Of a DNA stretch of 64,000 bases, positions 1 to 13,035 are shown piece after piece. The notes under the pieces are model-generated. The model searched no databases, had not been told where the DNA came from, and saw only the letters and a list, made by a program, of their open reading frames with translations. This DNA is from Lama guanicoe (lineage: Eukaryota). A program made the position numbers and the translations under genes. Within the stretch, counting starts at the first letter, position 1, and each line of letters starts with the position of its first letter. The DNA is taken from the NCBI GenBank assembly GCA_013239625.1, contig MU053520.1:1269103-1333102 (forward strand), given 5' to 3'.

Positions 1-515
1 GTCTCTGTTTTATTATTTACACAGTCAGCCAATGACTTGACAGAAATTCTCTTAAATGCCAATAAGAATATAGGAAGGAAAAAAAAAAAAGATGTTCTAT
101 CTCTAAATCCCCTGAACTGACAGTGCAGGGAAGCTGGTTTTGTCTGTGAGAATTCAAACAATAGTCAGGCCCTGTGCCAGCCCCTTAGCAATCCGCCAGG
201 CTGATCAAAACCTTAGTTTTTGGAGAACAAAGTCATTATCATCCACCCTGGCACCAGCAAGGAACACCAAAAATACATACCTGATCCTCACAGCTACCTG
301 CTACAGTCACAACCTGTTATCATCACTCTGTAAAATATCAAAATTCACCCAAATTTACCAGCTTCTTTCTTCATCAAGCACTACCTTCACTGTTGCAAGT
401 ATTTGACTAGACTCCAGAGTTCTGAAATACTTTTTGCCAGCTCAATAGTTGTTTTAGTGGGGAGACCAGTTCCTGGAGCTTTCCACGCCACCGTCTTTCG
501 TGACAGCACCGTGTC
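1..515 (-). mobile_element. Old L1 (L1M-type) 5' UTR-like remnant
   Basis: Ends in cacgccaccgtctttc, a degenerate reverse complement of the L1 start motif aagatggcgg; preceding sequence resembles old L1 5' UTRs. Boundaries approximate. Confidence 0.4.
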
Positions 516-1677
516 TTGAGTTTTTGAGCATTAAATGCTTTATCTAATAAAAATGTAGAAGAAAGAAGGGCAGGAAGGAAAGAAGGAAGAAAGGAAACAT
601 AAGGAAGGGAGATGAAAAGGAAGAGAAGGAGTTTTCATTGTTCACCATTGCTTTCAATGTAAGTGCCTTAGTGTAACTAAACCAACTGCTTATTTCTGCC
701 TCCCAGTCATTACAGGGTAAGCACGGAATACTCAGAATCCAATCTCACGAGAATGAGAAGACGCTGACGCCTGAGCTACAGAACAAAAGACAACTGACCT
801 GGGTTCTTGGATTACTTTGTTGGAATTTCTGCCACATGAACATTTGTTTTGGTGTGTCAGCATCCTGTTGAAAAAGATCATGTGATTGCAGGAACAGCTG
901 CATTGTTAAGATTGTACATTTGTTTGTGTTTTTCTGGAATTACTTTGCTCTCTCACTGTAACTGGTCACCATATCATTTGCAGCACTGACTTTCTGTCAT
1001 GACGTATTCTGGTCCTTTTGCTTTCCTGACATTTTTCTTTGGCCGTGTGACCATATAGATCTAATGGACCGATGTTTGTGAGAGGCTTTGCAATTGCACC
1101 CCCTTTTCATATCCTCTGCCTTTATGGTTGACTTTTTAAAGTCAAAAGGAAAAAATATGAAACTCCTCAAGTGCCAAATGATTGATACAGTGATCTAATT
1201 ACCTGATATCTTAAAATATATATATATATGTATTGTATTTGTGGTGGGAGGAGGGGAAAAAAACCATCAAAGCAGTTCTAAGGACAACTCCAAATTCTGT
1301 TTATTAAGCAATATGCTAAGTCTCAGCAGGAAATTTTCTCCTACAGAGCGGCAGACACATGTGAGGGAGATGGTGAGGCACGCTGTGGAAGGCACCAATC
1401 TTCAAAGGAAGCTCTGACCTACTTTGTTTCTGCCTCGTCTCATACTGGTTCTTGCTGTGCTGGTATTCTGAGTCAGGTGGAATCAATTATTGCAGAATTT
1501 TTGGAGGCCAGTCAGCCCACACACAAGAAATGAGACAGATTTTATAATACAGAAGCTTCTTATCTCCTGCCAATAATGAGGAGCATTACTACAAACATTT
1601 CATTGGAAGTTGGAGTTTTCTCCTTTCATTATTTCAGTGTTTGCTTCCACTTTGTCTAATTTAAGAATGGGGAGCAA

Positions 1678-1758
1678 CATTATGCTGTATGCCAGAAATT
1701 GACGCAACATTGTAAACTGACTACACTTCAATAAAAAGAATGGGAATTGAAAAAAAAA
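1678..1758 (+). mobile_element. Very short 5'-truncated L1 3' tail with degenerate TSD
   Basis: gaaattgacgcaacattgtaaactgactacacttcaataaa matches the 3' end of the L1 at 55115-55157; flanks aagaatggggagcaa (1663-1677) and aaaaatagggagcaa (1754-1768). Confidence 0.8.
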
Positions 1759-2479
1759 TAGGGAGCAATGTAACATTTCAAAGTATCTAACAGGGACATC
1801 ATTTTAAGTAGTAGACAGTGATTTCTAAATATACACTGCACAGATCTCCTAGGAAGCTACTTATTCATAAGAACCTCAGGGAACATTTTCTGTCATAACC
1901 TGAGGTTAATCACAAGGAAGCTGCCTCCAAATCAGGAACCTCATTGTTTTGCACAAGCAATATGCACTGTGCCCAACTATTGGCTAATTCCACATATAGA
2001 CGTCCAGTTTGCCTAGATTAAGAAGCTAAAGGTAGAGAAATCTAAGACTTAATTGCATAATAAAAGAAAATTTAAAAGACCAACTTGATCCTAAATAAAA
2101 ACTGCAGAAAGGCCACACAAACTTTAAAAAGAGTTTCCTGCCTTCAGCTTTCTGTCTGCTTTAAACCTAACTGTGCATTGTCTGATTTAATTCATTTAAT
2201 CATCTATTCATACAATCATTCTGTGGACCCATCATTCAAATGTTCAGGAAATTTGCAGCTCCTCTCACCTTTCTCTTGAGTGCCCATCCACTAATCAGTA
2301 GGTATGACTTTTAATTAAAAGTCCAATATAACTTAAAACATAACATGACCTGATAATTTAAACCGTTTTTTTAGACAACATTCAAGATTTTTTTTGGATA
2401 ACAATGTTTAGTCCCTTAGGAATCCTCCCTTTCCTTTGCTTCTCTCCCCAAATAATCATCTGCATATGTGTGGTAGAAT

Positions 2480-2660
2480 CCTGAATGAGAAAATGGAAAC
2501 ATTATATACAGAAATCAGAGTTTTCAGACACAGACTTTAAAATAATTATGATTGATTTGTTCAGAAATGTAGATGGCCAGGTGAGTAACTCCACTGGAGA
2601 ACTGGGATCTGCAATGGTAAATTAAATGGACACTCTGGAACTGACAAATGCCTACAGTAC
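2480..2660 (+). mobile_element. Ancient L1 ORF1 N-terminal remnant
   Basis: gactttaaaataattatgattgatttgttcag...ggagaactgggatctgc...ctggaactgacaaatg resembles old L1M ORF1 coiled-coil sequence. Confidence 0.5.
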
Positions 2661-2899
2661 CAGTTGATGGAGAGCAGCTTGGTTATTCTCATTGAATCTC
2701 TTACATACCAAACCTTAATTCTGGTTCAGATTCCAAGGATACCAAGATCACTATTTAGGAAATCCCCAAGACATCTGATTTCTTAGACTCTTTAACTTCT
2801 TTGACTGCTTCTAACGTCCTCCATGTACTTTCCTGAATTTCAGACTTATTAAAGAGTAAGGCAGAATACAAGGCTCTGAACTCAAACTAATTTTTAAAA

Positions 2900-3590
2900 T
2901 ATGGCAGACCAGAAATGAATCAATGAAACAGAAATAAGCCAAAAATTGATATCTCAAGGAAAGAAAATTACCCAAGAAATCTATTTGAATTTTTTTAAAA
3001 GACTAAAAAAAACCACTAGTCATTTAGATAAAAACAAAAGTTGATCCTGGTGTACTACTCTATATCAACATTTTTAAAAAGTTATTAATTGATTATTTTA
3101 CAACTTTGTGAGGCAAAGTTTTCTAAACAGGAAAACAAAGTCAGATGAAAGGTAATGCTTTTCTGGATGCTTTTTCTTGGAGGAAAAAAGAAAGATAAAA
3201 GAATAAAATCAAACTAGTTAAAAATTTCACAATTTAGACAGGACACTCTAATAATAAATTAGTATTGTTTATTATGTAATGACCTACCATGAAAAAAGAA
3301 TAACCAAATAGATTAGAAATATAGGCAAAATATATGTACTAGCCATGATCAAAATAGGAGGCATGAATTATACAATATTCAGCCTCACCTGAAATTTTAA
3401 AAATGTCAGTTAAATGATAATTATTTTAACTTTACTTCATCAGTCTGAAATAGATTCCAATGCTTAGTAATACCTATTACTAGAATTTAAGTGGAGAAAT
3501 GGACACTCTCAGGAAATAATAGTGGGACTATAGTTTGGGATAATATTTCTAAAGGATATTCCAAACATGAATCAAAAAAACAATATGAGG
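2900..3590 (+). mobile_element. Ancient L1ME ORF2 remnant
   Basis: A-rich, with degenerate ORF2 landmarks (cagaccagaaatgaatcaatgaaacagaa; gtggagaaatggacactctca). Confidence 0.55.
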
Positions 3591-3599
3591 TTATATATA

Positions 3600-3705
3600 A
3601 TGTAGGATGCACAGGATGAGATCTGGAGCAAGACTGCTTGGATTTGAATCATGGCATGTCAGCTTCCTAACTGTACAAACTTGGGCAAGAGATGTCAACC
3701 CTGTC
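3600..3705 (+). mobile_element. MIR SINE fragment
   Basis: ctggagcaagactgcttggatttgaatc...cttcctaactgtacaaacttgggcaag, MIR head/core. Confidence 0.7.
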
Positions 3706-4020
3706 TGCAAAATCTGCTATGGTCCAGAAATTCTCCAAGGTTTAGCTCTCCTGCCAAATGGTGACTCCAGCATCTCATGTCTTCACCATCTCCACACTTT
3801 TCCTCCAGTATGTCTATTACATGGAAAAGCAAACCTGGAGGTTCAGAAAGATTTCCACTGACCAGAATGACACAAGCCATTTGCTCACAGTCCACTGGCC
3901 ATGATTCATCACATGACTTCATGCATGTGCAAGGAGTCTGGAAAATATTGTCATCTCTGGGCTTAGGATGGAAGGGAGAAGCAGATGTACAGGAGCATTG
4001 GGGATCTCTCCCTTACACAT
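3705..4020 (-). mobile_element. MLT1-family (ERVL-MaLR) LTR fragment
   Basis: tttgctcacagtccactggccatgattcatcacatgac...tgcaaggagtctggaaaatattgtc is a typical reverse MLT1 motif. Confidence 0.6.
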
Positions 4021-4489
4021 AGGAATCATGCAATTAACTTAGCTACTAGTATTATTGCATTCCTTTTAACCTAGAAATTTCTACTTCTCGAGCTTATCCT
4101 AGAAAAATACTTTGGGAAATGCACAAAAACGTATATTTAAGGATCTTGTTTATAGTGTTCTGTATATTATTGAAAACTTCAAACTAGCCTAGCATTTTAA
4201 AATCTTGATAAGGACCTATAGTTAAAGGTGTGTTTATGTGTATTTCCCCATGTGTATAAAAATATACCAAAAAGAAGTATGTAGGATAGAAATCATAGAA
4301 GTTGTCACACTTAAATTGGCAAGTTAAAACTGGGAAGTCTGTCCTTTAGTGGGAAAATTAAAATATACTCTTAAAAGTGCCGTATTTAGTTTTAAAAGCA
4401 AAAGTATACTTTGGTTTCCACTCTCATTCTTTTGCACATTTTACAAAGAAAAAAAAATGTATTTTATCCATAAACTCATCATAGAAATG

Positions 4490-6560
4490 CGTATATCAGA
4501 ACTAAAGTAAATATAAATCTAAAAATGGAAATGGGAAACACACTTCATTCACTATACACGGAATACTTTAAAATACTTAGAAATAAATGTAGCAAGAGAG
4601 AAACAGAAACTATATAAGAAAAACAATAAAATTTTATTGTAGAATATAAAATTATATCTGAACAAATGGAAACACATCCCATACACTTTAAGAGAGAATT
4701 TGCCACTATAAACCTATTCTCCCTGAATTAATAGCAGTTTAATGCAATTCCAATTGGACTGCTAACAGATGTTTAAGTTGAATTTCATAAATAGATCCTA
4801 AATTTCATATGGAAGGGAAAAATATATCTAAGAATAAGACAAACAAGAAAGACAGTGAAAATAATGAAGAGGAATTTGCCTTAACAGATGTCAGGATATA
4901 TCAAAAATTTGAAAGTTGCTAGGAGAGTAGACCTTAAAATTTCTCATCACAAGAAAAAAAATTATAACTATGCCTGGTGATGGATGTTAACTAGACATAT
5001 CGTGGTGATCCTTTCACAATATATACAAATATTGGATCATTACGTTGTACACCTGAAACTAATATAATGTTATATGCTAAGTATATCTCAAAATTTTTGA
5101 AAAAGAAACCACGGCTTGTCAAAGAAGAAAATAGAATTCCCTATAAGTTGGATCAATATGTTATTGACAAAAAAAAAATTGATGCATGAATGAGTAAAAT
5201 AGGATATGGAAGAAATGGTCACTAGTACATATGAGAATTTCTTATATACTAATAGTGACATCTCAACATAATGAAAAAAATAAAATTATTTATAAGATTG
5301 TGTCAGACTGGCTATTTGAAAAAAAAAAAGTAAAGTAAAATTGTGCCCTAATCCTATGTCATAAGCAAAATAAAATTATGGAATAAAAATTGGAATGTTA
5401 AAGAAAATTCTGGGAAACATGTCCAAAAAAAGATAGTCATTCCTGTGTATAAAATATTTTAAAATTTTTATGTTCAAAGAAGCTAAAAGCCAAGGCAATA
5501 GATAAATAATGGATTGGAAAGAAACCTGTAAAATATTAAACAGAAAAAGATTGTTATCATTAAATTGAGAAGGAATTGGCAAAAAATAAAATACTTCGCT
5601 GTAATCCATAATTTACATATACCTGACTAACAAGTCCTGAATAACAGACCACAGAACAGCGTGAGTGGAAGCTGTCTTCAGAGTCTGAGCACACAGCCAG
5701 TTAGGTCAATGTAACGTTAAATTAATTATGAAGCAGCCAGTCCTATAACTTGATTAAAAACTAATTTTATCTCCTCTTATTCTGCATAAAAATTCTTCTT
5801 CAAAGATTCATGCTGACTGAATCACCTCTATACTTATTTCCACACATACAAATTTTTGGCATTCATATTTTTTCCTTAACAAAATCAAAAACTCTTAAAT
5901 ATTGACAAGAAAAAAGAAAAAAGCAAATAACCCAGTAAAACTGTGGAAAGAATATAAGGAAACTAATGCCTCAAAAGCAAATCCCAAGGTCAAGAAATAC
6001 ATGTTCAAACTCACTGGTAATTCGGGAAATGCAAATTAAATAATATCATTTTAACACCATTATATAGCCACACCTTTAAAAAGAGCAATAACACTTATTG
6101 ATAAAGCACATGCTGGTAGAAGATGCCCTCACAGGAGGAAACAAAACTGGAATTGTTTACAGCCTTTCTGGAAAGTAATCAGGCAACATCTATTAAAATG
6201 AAAAATCAATATATCATTTGAGCCATCAATCTCCCCTTCAAGGATTGTATCTACAAAAATAAAAACACAGGTATTCAAATATAAACGCACACATACTTTA
6301 TTAGAATATTGGTCAAAGTGAAAATGGTTGAAAAAATTTCATCTGTCCATACCATGAAATACTATACACCAATAAGAAGAAATAAATCAGAAATGTAGGT
6401 GTTGACTTGAAGGAATTTCCATGAGGTATTCTTGAGTGATTAAGAAACAGAATGGAGAACTTTTGTATACAATCTTATATTGAAAGAAAAGAATAACCTC
6501 TGTATGTGTATGAATACTTTATATTTGTGTGTTATTATAGGACTATAGATAAAAATTTGA
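4490..6560 (+). mobile_element. Fragmented L1ME ORF2/3' UTR with nested insertions
   Basis: Collinear ORF2 landmarks: gaacaaatggaaacacatccc, atcctaaatttcatatggaa, ggaaatgcaaattaa, ccataccatgaaatactatacaccaataagaaga. Confidence 0.7.
4910..5100 (+). mobile_element. L1MA-type 3' end nested in L1ME
   Basis: gaaagttgctaggagagtagaccttaaaatttctcatcac...gttgtacacctgaaactaatataatgttatatg. Confidence 0.8.
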
Positions 6561-6779
6561 AAGGACAATTATTAAGTGGTTATTATGAGTTTTCTAAGGT
6601 TGGAAGTGGGGAGGCCTGAAGGAGTTAAAAAAAAACAAGACAGAGGAGGGAAGCAAAAAGGAAAATAAAATGACAAGATTTTCCATGTGGTTTTATGTGA
6701 CTCTGATTAGGAAGATCCAGAAAGAGTTGTCTCAGTTCATGCAAAAGAAATTTTATAAACCACAAAACAGGAACCTGCA

Positions 6780-6990
6780 TAGTAGCATAATACAAGTATT
6801 AACTTGGGAATCAATCATCTAAATGTAGGGTGTGGGACCCTAGAAAGTTACTTAATGTCTCAGATTTTCACTTTCCCCAACTTGTAATAGGTAATAACAC
6901 ATAGCAACTGACAAAATTGTGAAGATATTAAGGTAAAGTGTGTAAAATGCTTAGAATATAGGCACACACTAAGTACTCAGAAATGTTTAA
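6780..6990 (+). mobile_element. MIR SINE (degenerate)
   Basis: aagttacttaatgtctcag...gtgtgtaaaatgcttagaatataggcacacactaagtactcagaaatgtt. Confidence 0.6.
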
Positions 6991-8369
6991 CTTCCTTCCT
7001 TTCCATGTCAATCCAATTATGTCTCTTGCCAGTCAGTGGCAGCCACGTAAGGTCAATTCCTAAAGATGAGTAACGCTGATAATGCAAGTTAGTTTTCAAA
7101 AACTAAGATTGTAAATAATTTTTGTTTTAAATAAGAATTTAAAGTTTTTGTTAGACACCAAAATGTACATGACAGCCCCCTAGGGATAATTAACTTAGGT
7201 TTGCTAAGATACTCCTTGACAATTTCCAGGCATACCTTTTTTTTTTTTTTTTCTGAAGCCCTCATGAACTCCAGTTATCCTGCCAGAGCAGATATTGTTT
7301 CATTATTCGGTTGGATGCAGATGGTTGGTTTTCATATCTCTCTACAATTCTTGCCACCAGACCTACAGAGAGCAAATGAACAAAATTGATTGAGGGAACA
7401 GGACCAGAAGAGCTGACTAGGTCAGGCAGAAATAAACTTTACCCAGGAAATATACGCCTTCTGCTACCTTTTCCACATTTGTTCTGCAGTGTGCTTCATC
7501 TCACGGAACACAGTGATGTCTTTAGAGCTGCAGAGTACACTATTACAGGAGCTGGAAAGAAGACAGGCAACAGGCTCAACGTGGCTGTACACTCCTGCCT
7601 ATGGTATGAGAGGTGCTAGCTATCCGTAGCCATCCCTTAGCTGGGGGTTCCTTAACTTTCCCTTAGTTAGGGCTTGTAGGAGAACAGAGTTTACATACCT
7701 CTTTGGTCTCCTTCACTGAAAATATAAGTAAGCTGACAGATATGGAAACAGATATCAAACTTCATCTTTTTGAATTAGTTCAAAGTGTAACAGAGGGAGA
7801 AAACAACACAGAAATCCCAATGCAAAAAAAAAAAAAGAAAAAGAAAGAAATGTAAGTATAATAATAGACTAGTTAGGGTAATATAAGACATAGAGAATTG
7901 AATATAAGTCAGACTGGATGACTTTGGAAATTTAGCAGATTCTTTTATATTCTAGAAAATGTCTATGTTCTAGAATATTGTGCTGGTACGAATATCCAGA
8001 AATTCTGGGAACCTCCATTTAAATGCAAAGCTATGCTTACACAAAATTAAGGAAAGTTCGCATGAAACATAAGTAGCACCAGCAGAGTCACAGTCTGCCT
8101 TACAAATGTCTGTTGCTTCTTGAAAGCCTCAGTTTTTAATGACCTCATGTTACAATAAGAAACAATGTTCTTATTAAGATGGGGAGTTACAGCTAGGACC
8201 CATAAACTTGTAGTTATTCTTTCAAAGGAAAAATTTAAGTTATATGTATCATAAGTGAAAGGGTAGAGTGGGAAAAGTATCTGTCTATAGGCAAAAGGAG
8301 GTAACAAGAGAATTTTAGATTGGGGGATAGAATAAAGTGGTTTTTTTTTTTAAGAACTCACAATCACAC

Positions 8370-9365
8370 TCCTGCTGTCATGTAGATTTGGGGTTTGCAT
8401 TTATAGTACCTGCGTGGTTCAGGGAACTCAAAGCTGGGAAATTCATATGGTGCTTTCATAGGAATTTCATATGATAGGTTTCATAATCATGGCAGCTCAG
8501 AGCCACTAGTGAAGTTAATGCAAATCCTTTCTGGGTTAGTACACCTTCAATCCACGTCCATTAAGATTCCTAACATGAAAACCAGACAAATATGACATCA
8601 CAATAAACAAATTACCGTGTATAAAGGAAAAAGTCACAGAAAGAAAGTTTGCAGAAACAAAACAGAAAAATATGTCCGCCGAAAAGTACAGATAGTTGGA
8701 CTGTAAGATACAGACTATTAAGGAAGCATATTTCAAAATGTATAGATATAAAATGAGTTAAATAATGAGTGAAGAACACAAGAGTACAGAAAATGACCAA
8801 GCAGATACAAGAACCAAAATAGAATGTCCTCAAATGAAAAATAGTATTGTTGAAATTAAACCACACATACAAGCTCACAGGCTCTGCTGGTCTGGTAAAA
8901 TGCTGTCATTTGCCAGACATTTTCAAACTTCTGTGCCCTGGTTGTGAAATGATATTTGCATCGGTTAAAAGTACTAATTAGTTCATGTGTTTGAAGCTAT
9001 ACTAACAGCAATAAAGACCAAGAAATAATAATTTTTTAAAAAACCACACATGGAAGCAAGTATGCACATGAGCATGTGTGCATGCACGCACACACACACA
9101 CACACACACACACGAGCTGATAAATTGAATAACAGAGCTGAAGAGAGAAGTAGTAAACCAGGGGAAAGATATAAAGACATTACCCAAAAGCTGTCCAGAG
9201 ACACAAAGCGGTATCATCTTTCACTTATGAGAAATTAAAAGACATGGAAGATTGAGTGGGAAAGACTCATGCATCTCTTCTGAGTTCCAGAGATGAGAGA
9301 AGCAGGATTTGAAGAGACAACAGCTAAAAATTTTCTGAAATTAATAAAAATGTAAATTTCCAGAT
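8370..9365 (+). mobile_element. Old L1/HAL1 ORF1 remnant
   Basis: aaatagaatgtcctcaaatgaaaaatagtattgttgaaattaaa...gctgataaattgaataacagagctgaagagagaag is an ORF1 coiled-coil pattern. Confidence 0.6.
9089..9113. repeat. (CA)n microsatellite
   Basis: Read directly; preceded by a largely alternating purine-pyrimidine stretch. Confidence 0.95.
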
Positions 9366-11570
9366 TTCTTCCTTTCCTATCAGTACGATTTTCTTTCCAT
9401 TTCTTACCTTATTACAGTGACTGGAACTTTCAGCACTATGCTGAATAAGAGTGTTAAGAGTGAACATCCTTGCCTTCTCCATGATCTTTGGAAAAAAATC
9501 ATTGAGTATTCATAATGAAGTGTAATGTTAACTGTAAGCTTTTTTTATTAGATGTGCTTTATCACATTGAGGATGTTTCTGTTTCTATTTTTTCAAAAAT
9601 CTTAATCTTGAATGTGTTTTCAGTTTTGTCAGGTTCTCTTTCTGCATTAAATGATACAATCATGTTTTTTCTTCCTTAGTCTCTTATGGAAGTAAATTAT
9701 ATTGATTGATTTTTGAATATTGAACCAAATTTGCATACCTGGAATAAATCTCATCTGATCATAGTGTATAATTCTTGATATCGTGACAATGACTGTCTCT
9801 TTTCATTCAATTTGAGGTCTCTCTGGTTCTTGGTGTAGGTGATTTCAATAAAACTGGTCATATTTGCATTACGTTAGATTCTGGATCTTATTTACACCTG
9901 TTTTAACTGACTTTCTCTGACATCATTCCAGCAGGGGAAGGGGGCACCACCTGGTTACTACCAGGTACAGGCAGAGGCTCAGGTTGACTATTTGGACTTT
10001 ATTGACACCTGAGACTTGGCCACTGTTGTTAGTGTTGTGCAGGGATGGGAGTCTTGGCTTTTCGTGTGGTCTCCGCTGACACTCTGTGGAGGAGGTCAGA
10101 TTCCAACCGGACAATGGTAAAGTCCTGACTCTCCGCTTGGCCTCTTCCAATGTCACCCCAGCAGGAAGACAGAAGGGCACCTTATAACCGCTGCCTGGAG
10201 TTGGGGTTCGGATCCCCCACCTGGTCTTCACTGACACAGGAGGCAGGGAGCCTTACTGACAGCCAATGGGGATGAAAATCCCAGCTGGGCCTTTTCTGAC
10301 ACAGCCCTACAGGGGTGCTGTGGGGTGTCTCTTTACAGTCTCGCCCTATCTAGGATCCCCATTCTGCCTTTGCTGGCATGGATGGATGTTTGACCACAGA
10401 ATTTTTCCTGTGATATTTGGCTTGAGTAGAATGGTTATTGTCTGAGGACTTTCTGTTTTGTCAGGTTGATACTTTATGGTCCTTTGGCTAGAGAAAGCAG
10501 GTGCATCTTGGGGATTTTTTTTTTTTTCTGTGCCCTTGATATTTTTGTTTGGTGTCTTCTTCAGCATTAATTCTGAGGTATATGAGGCAAAAAGAAATCC
10601 AGAAAACCACAACATGTTGTATTTGGGTCCCAAACTCCCTAACTGGTCTGCCTTCGCTCCACCTAACAGATTATTTTTATATATGTTCATTTTATATATA
10701 ATGTCCAGGTATTTTAGTTATTCTGAGTAGGAAGAATAGGAAAAAGAAGTCTGCTCTATCTTCCCAGGAGAAGTCTACCCATATCAGTATTTTTTTTTTT
10801 GCCTTCTTTTCCTTTTCTAGTATAAGCATTAAAACTATAAATTTCCCTCTTGTCACTATTTAAGCAGCATCCCATAATTCTGATATATTGTGTTACCATT
10901 ACCATTTAGTTCAAGCAATGTTTTAGTATTTTTATGTTTTCTTCTTTGACTTTAAATTCCAAAAATTTGGGGGTGTTCAAGATAGCATTTTGTTACTGAT
11001 TTCTAATTTAATTCCACTTAGTAAGAGAGTATAACCCTGATGTTTTCAATCCTGTTAAATATGTTGTGACTTGTTTTAAAATCTCTAAATGTGAGCTTTC
11101 TTAGTGACTGTATCATGTACATTTGAAAAGAATGTATATTCTGTTGTTAACCTATGTAGCATTCTATAATGAATGTACTATTTAAATCTTCTATGCATTT
11201 ACTAATTTTCCACTCGTTCTTTCTATTAGGGAGAGAATTATACTGAAATCTCATACTTATTTCTGATTCTTTTTTCTTTCCTGAAAGTTCTTGATTTATT
11301 TGAAACTGTCTTTAAGTATGTATACATTTAGGGTTTTTTATGTCCTCTTGATATGTTGAATATTTTATTAATATCAAATATCTCACTTTAGGAATTATTC
11401 CTTTTCCTGAATTATATTTTACTTGTTATTAAAATAGCTGCATCAGCTTTCTTATATTAGTTTTTGAATTTATCTTTGTCTTTTTTGTTTAGAGCCTTTT
11501 ATTGCAAAAATGAAATTATTGTGTTTTGGTTTTATATCCAGTCTAATAATTTCTCCCAATTGCTGTTGTT
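9365..11570 (-). mobile_element. Mosaic of old minus-strand L1 pieces (ORF2 RT, 5' region, endonuclease region)
   Basis: cagcactatgctgaataagagtgttaagagtgaacatccttgcc; ctataaatttccctcttgtcactatttaagcagcatccca; catttgaaaagaatgtatattctgttg. Confidence 0.7.
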
Positions 11571-11582
11571 GTTAAATCTTTA

Positions 11583-13035
11583 ACACACTAAACAACAGAT
11601 GTCTTCTATGCAGATGAAATAGCCTTCTGTTGGAAGACGATGCCATGTAGGATTTTCATAGCTTAAGAGGAGAAGTCAATACTCGGCTTCACAGCTACAA
11701 AGGACAGGTTGACTTTCTTTTTACAGACTAATGCAGTTGATAACTTTAAGTTGAAGTCAATGAAGATTTACCATTCTGAAAATCCTAGAGCTTTGAAGAA
11801 TTATGCTAAATCTGCTCTGCCTCTCCCCTATAAATGGAACAACAAAGCACATATGTTTACAACATGGGTTACTGAATATTTTAAGCCCACTGTTGATTCC
11901 TAATGCTCCAAAAAAAAAAAAAAGATTCCTTTCAAAATATTGCTGCTCATTGGCAATGCATCTGATCACCTAAGAGTTCTAGTGGAGATGGACAAAGAGA
12001 TGAATGCTGTTTTCATGCCTGCTAACAGAACATCCATTCCACAACCCATGGGTCAAGGAGTAATTTTTACTTTCAAGTCTTATAATTTCAGAAAAACATT
12101 TATTAAAGCTATAGCTGCCAGAGATAGTGATTTCTTCGATAGATCTGGGCAAAATCAATTGAAAACCTTCCAAACAGGAGTCACCATTCTAGATGCCATT
12201 AAGAACATGTGTTACTTATGAAAAGAAGTCAAAATATAAACCTTAACAAGAGTTTGGAAGAAGTGGATTCCATCCCTGATAGACGATTTTGATAAGTTCA
12301 AGACTTCAGTGAGGAGGTAACTGTGGATCCTGTGGAAATAGCAAGAGAACTAGAATGATTAAGTGGAGCTTGAAGGTGTGACTGAATTGCTGAAATTCTT
12401 GTGATAAAAATTTAATGGATGAGTAGTTGCCTCTTATGGATGAACAGAGAAAGCAGCTTCTTGAAATGGAGACTACGTCTCATGAAGATGCTATGAAGAT
12501 TATTGAAATGACAATAAGGGATTTAGAATATTACATAAACTTCATTGATAAAGCAGTGGCAGGGTTTAAGAGGACTGACTCTAAATTTGAAAGAAATTCT
12601 GCTGTAGGTAAAATGCTATCAAACAGCATGGCACGCTACAGAGAAATTGTTTGTGAAAGGCAGTGTCAACTGATGTGGCAAACTTTACTGTTATTTTAAG
12701 AAATTGCCACAGCATCCCCACCTTCAGCAACCATCACCCTCATCAGTCAGCAGCCTTCAACACTGTGGCAAGATCCTCCACCAGCAAAAAGATCATTACT
12801 TACTGAAGGCTCAGGTGATGGTTAGTATTTTTAAACAATGAAGCATTTTTTAATTATGTACCTTTTTTAGACATAATAATGTTGCACACTTAATAGACAT
12901 ACTGTTTCTATGTGTATAGTGTAAACATAGCTTATCTACACACTGGGAAACCAAAAATAATTGTGTGACTCACTTTATTGTGACATTTGCTTTATTGAGG
13001 TTGTCTGGAACCAAAACTCCAAGGAGTGACTGTAT
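11583..13035 (+). mobile_element. Tigger1 (TcMar-Tigger) DNA transposon, 5'-truncated, decayed transposase
   Basis: ORF pieces [41 protein letters not shown] and DLEYYINFIDKAVAGFKRTDSKFERNSAVGKMLSNS match Tigger1 transposase; degenerate 3' TIR region ctttattgaggttgtctggaacc...gactg followed by TA. Confidence 0.95.

Noticed and set aside
7236..7362. Minus-strand coding exon (good acceptor and donor)
   Set aside because: Stops in all three frames and contains a homopolymer run.
11709..12699. Domesticated TIGD1-like transposase gene
   Set aside because: 5'-truncated with multiple frameshifts and stops; an ordinary Tigger1 relic.
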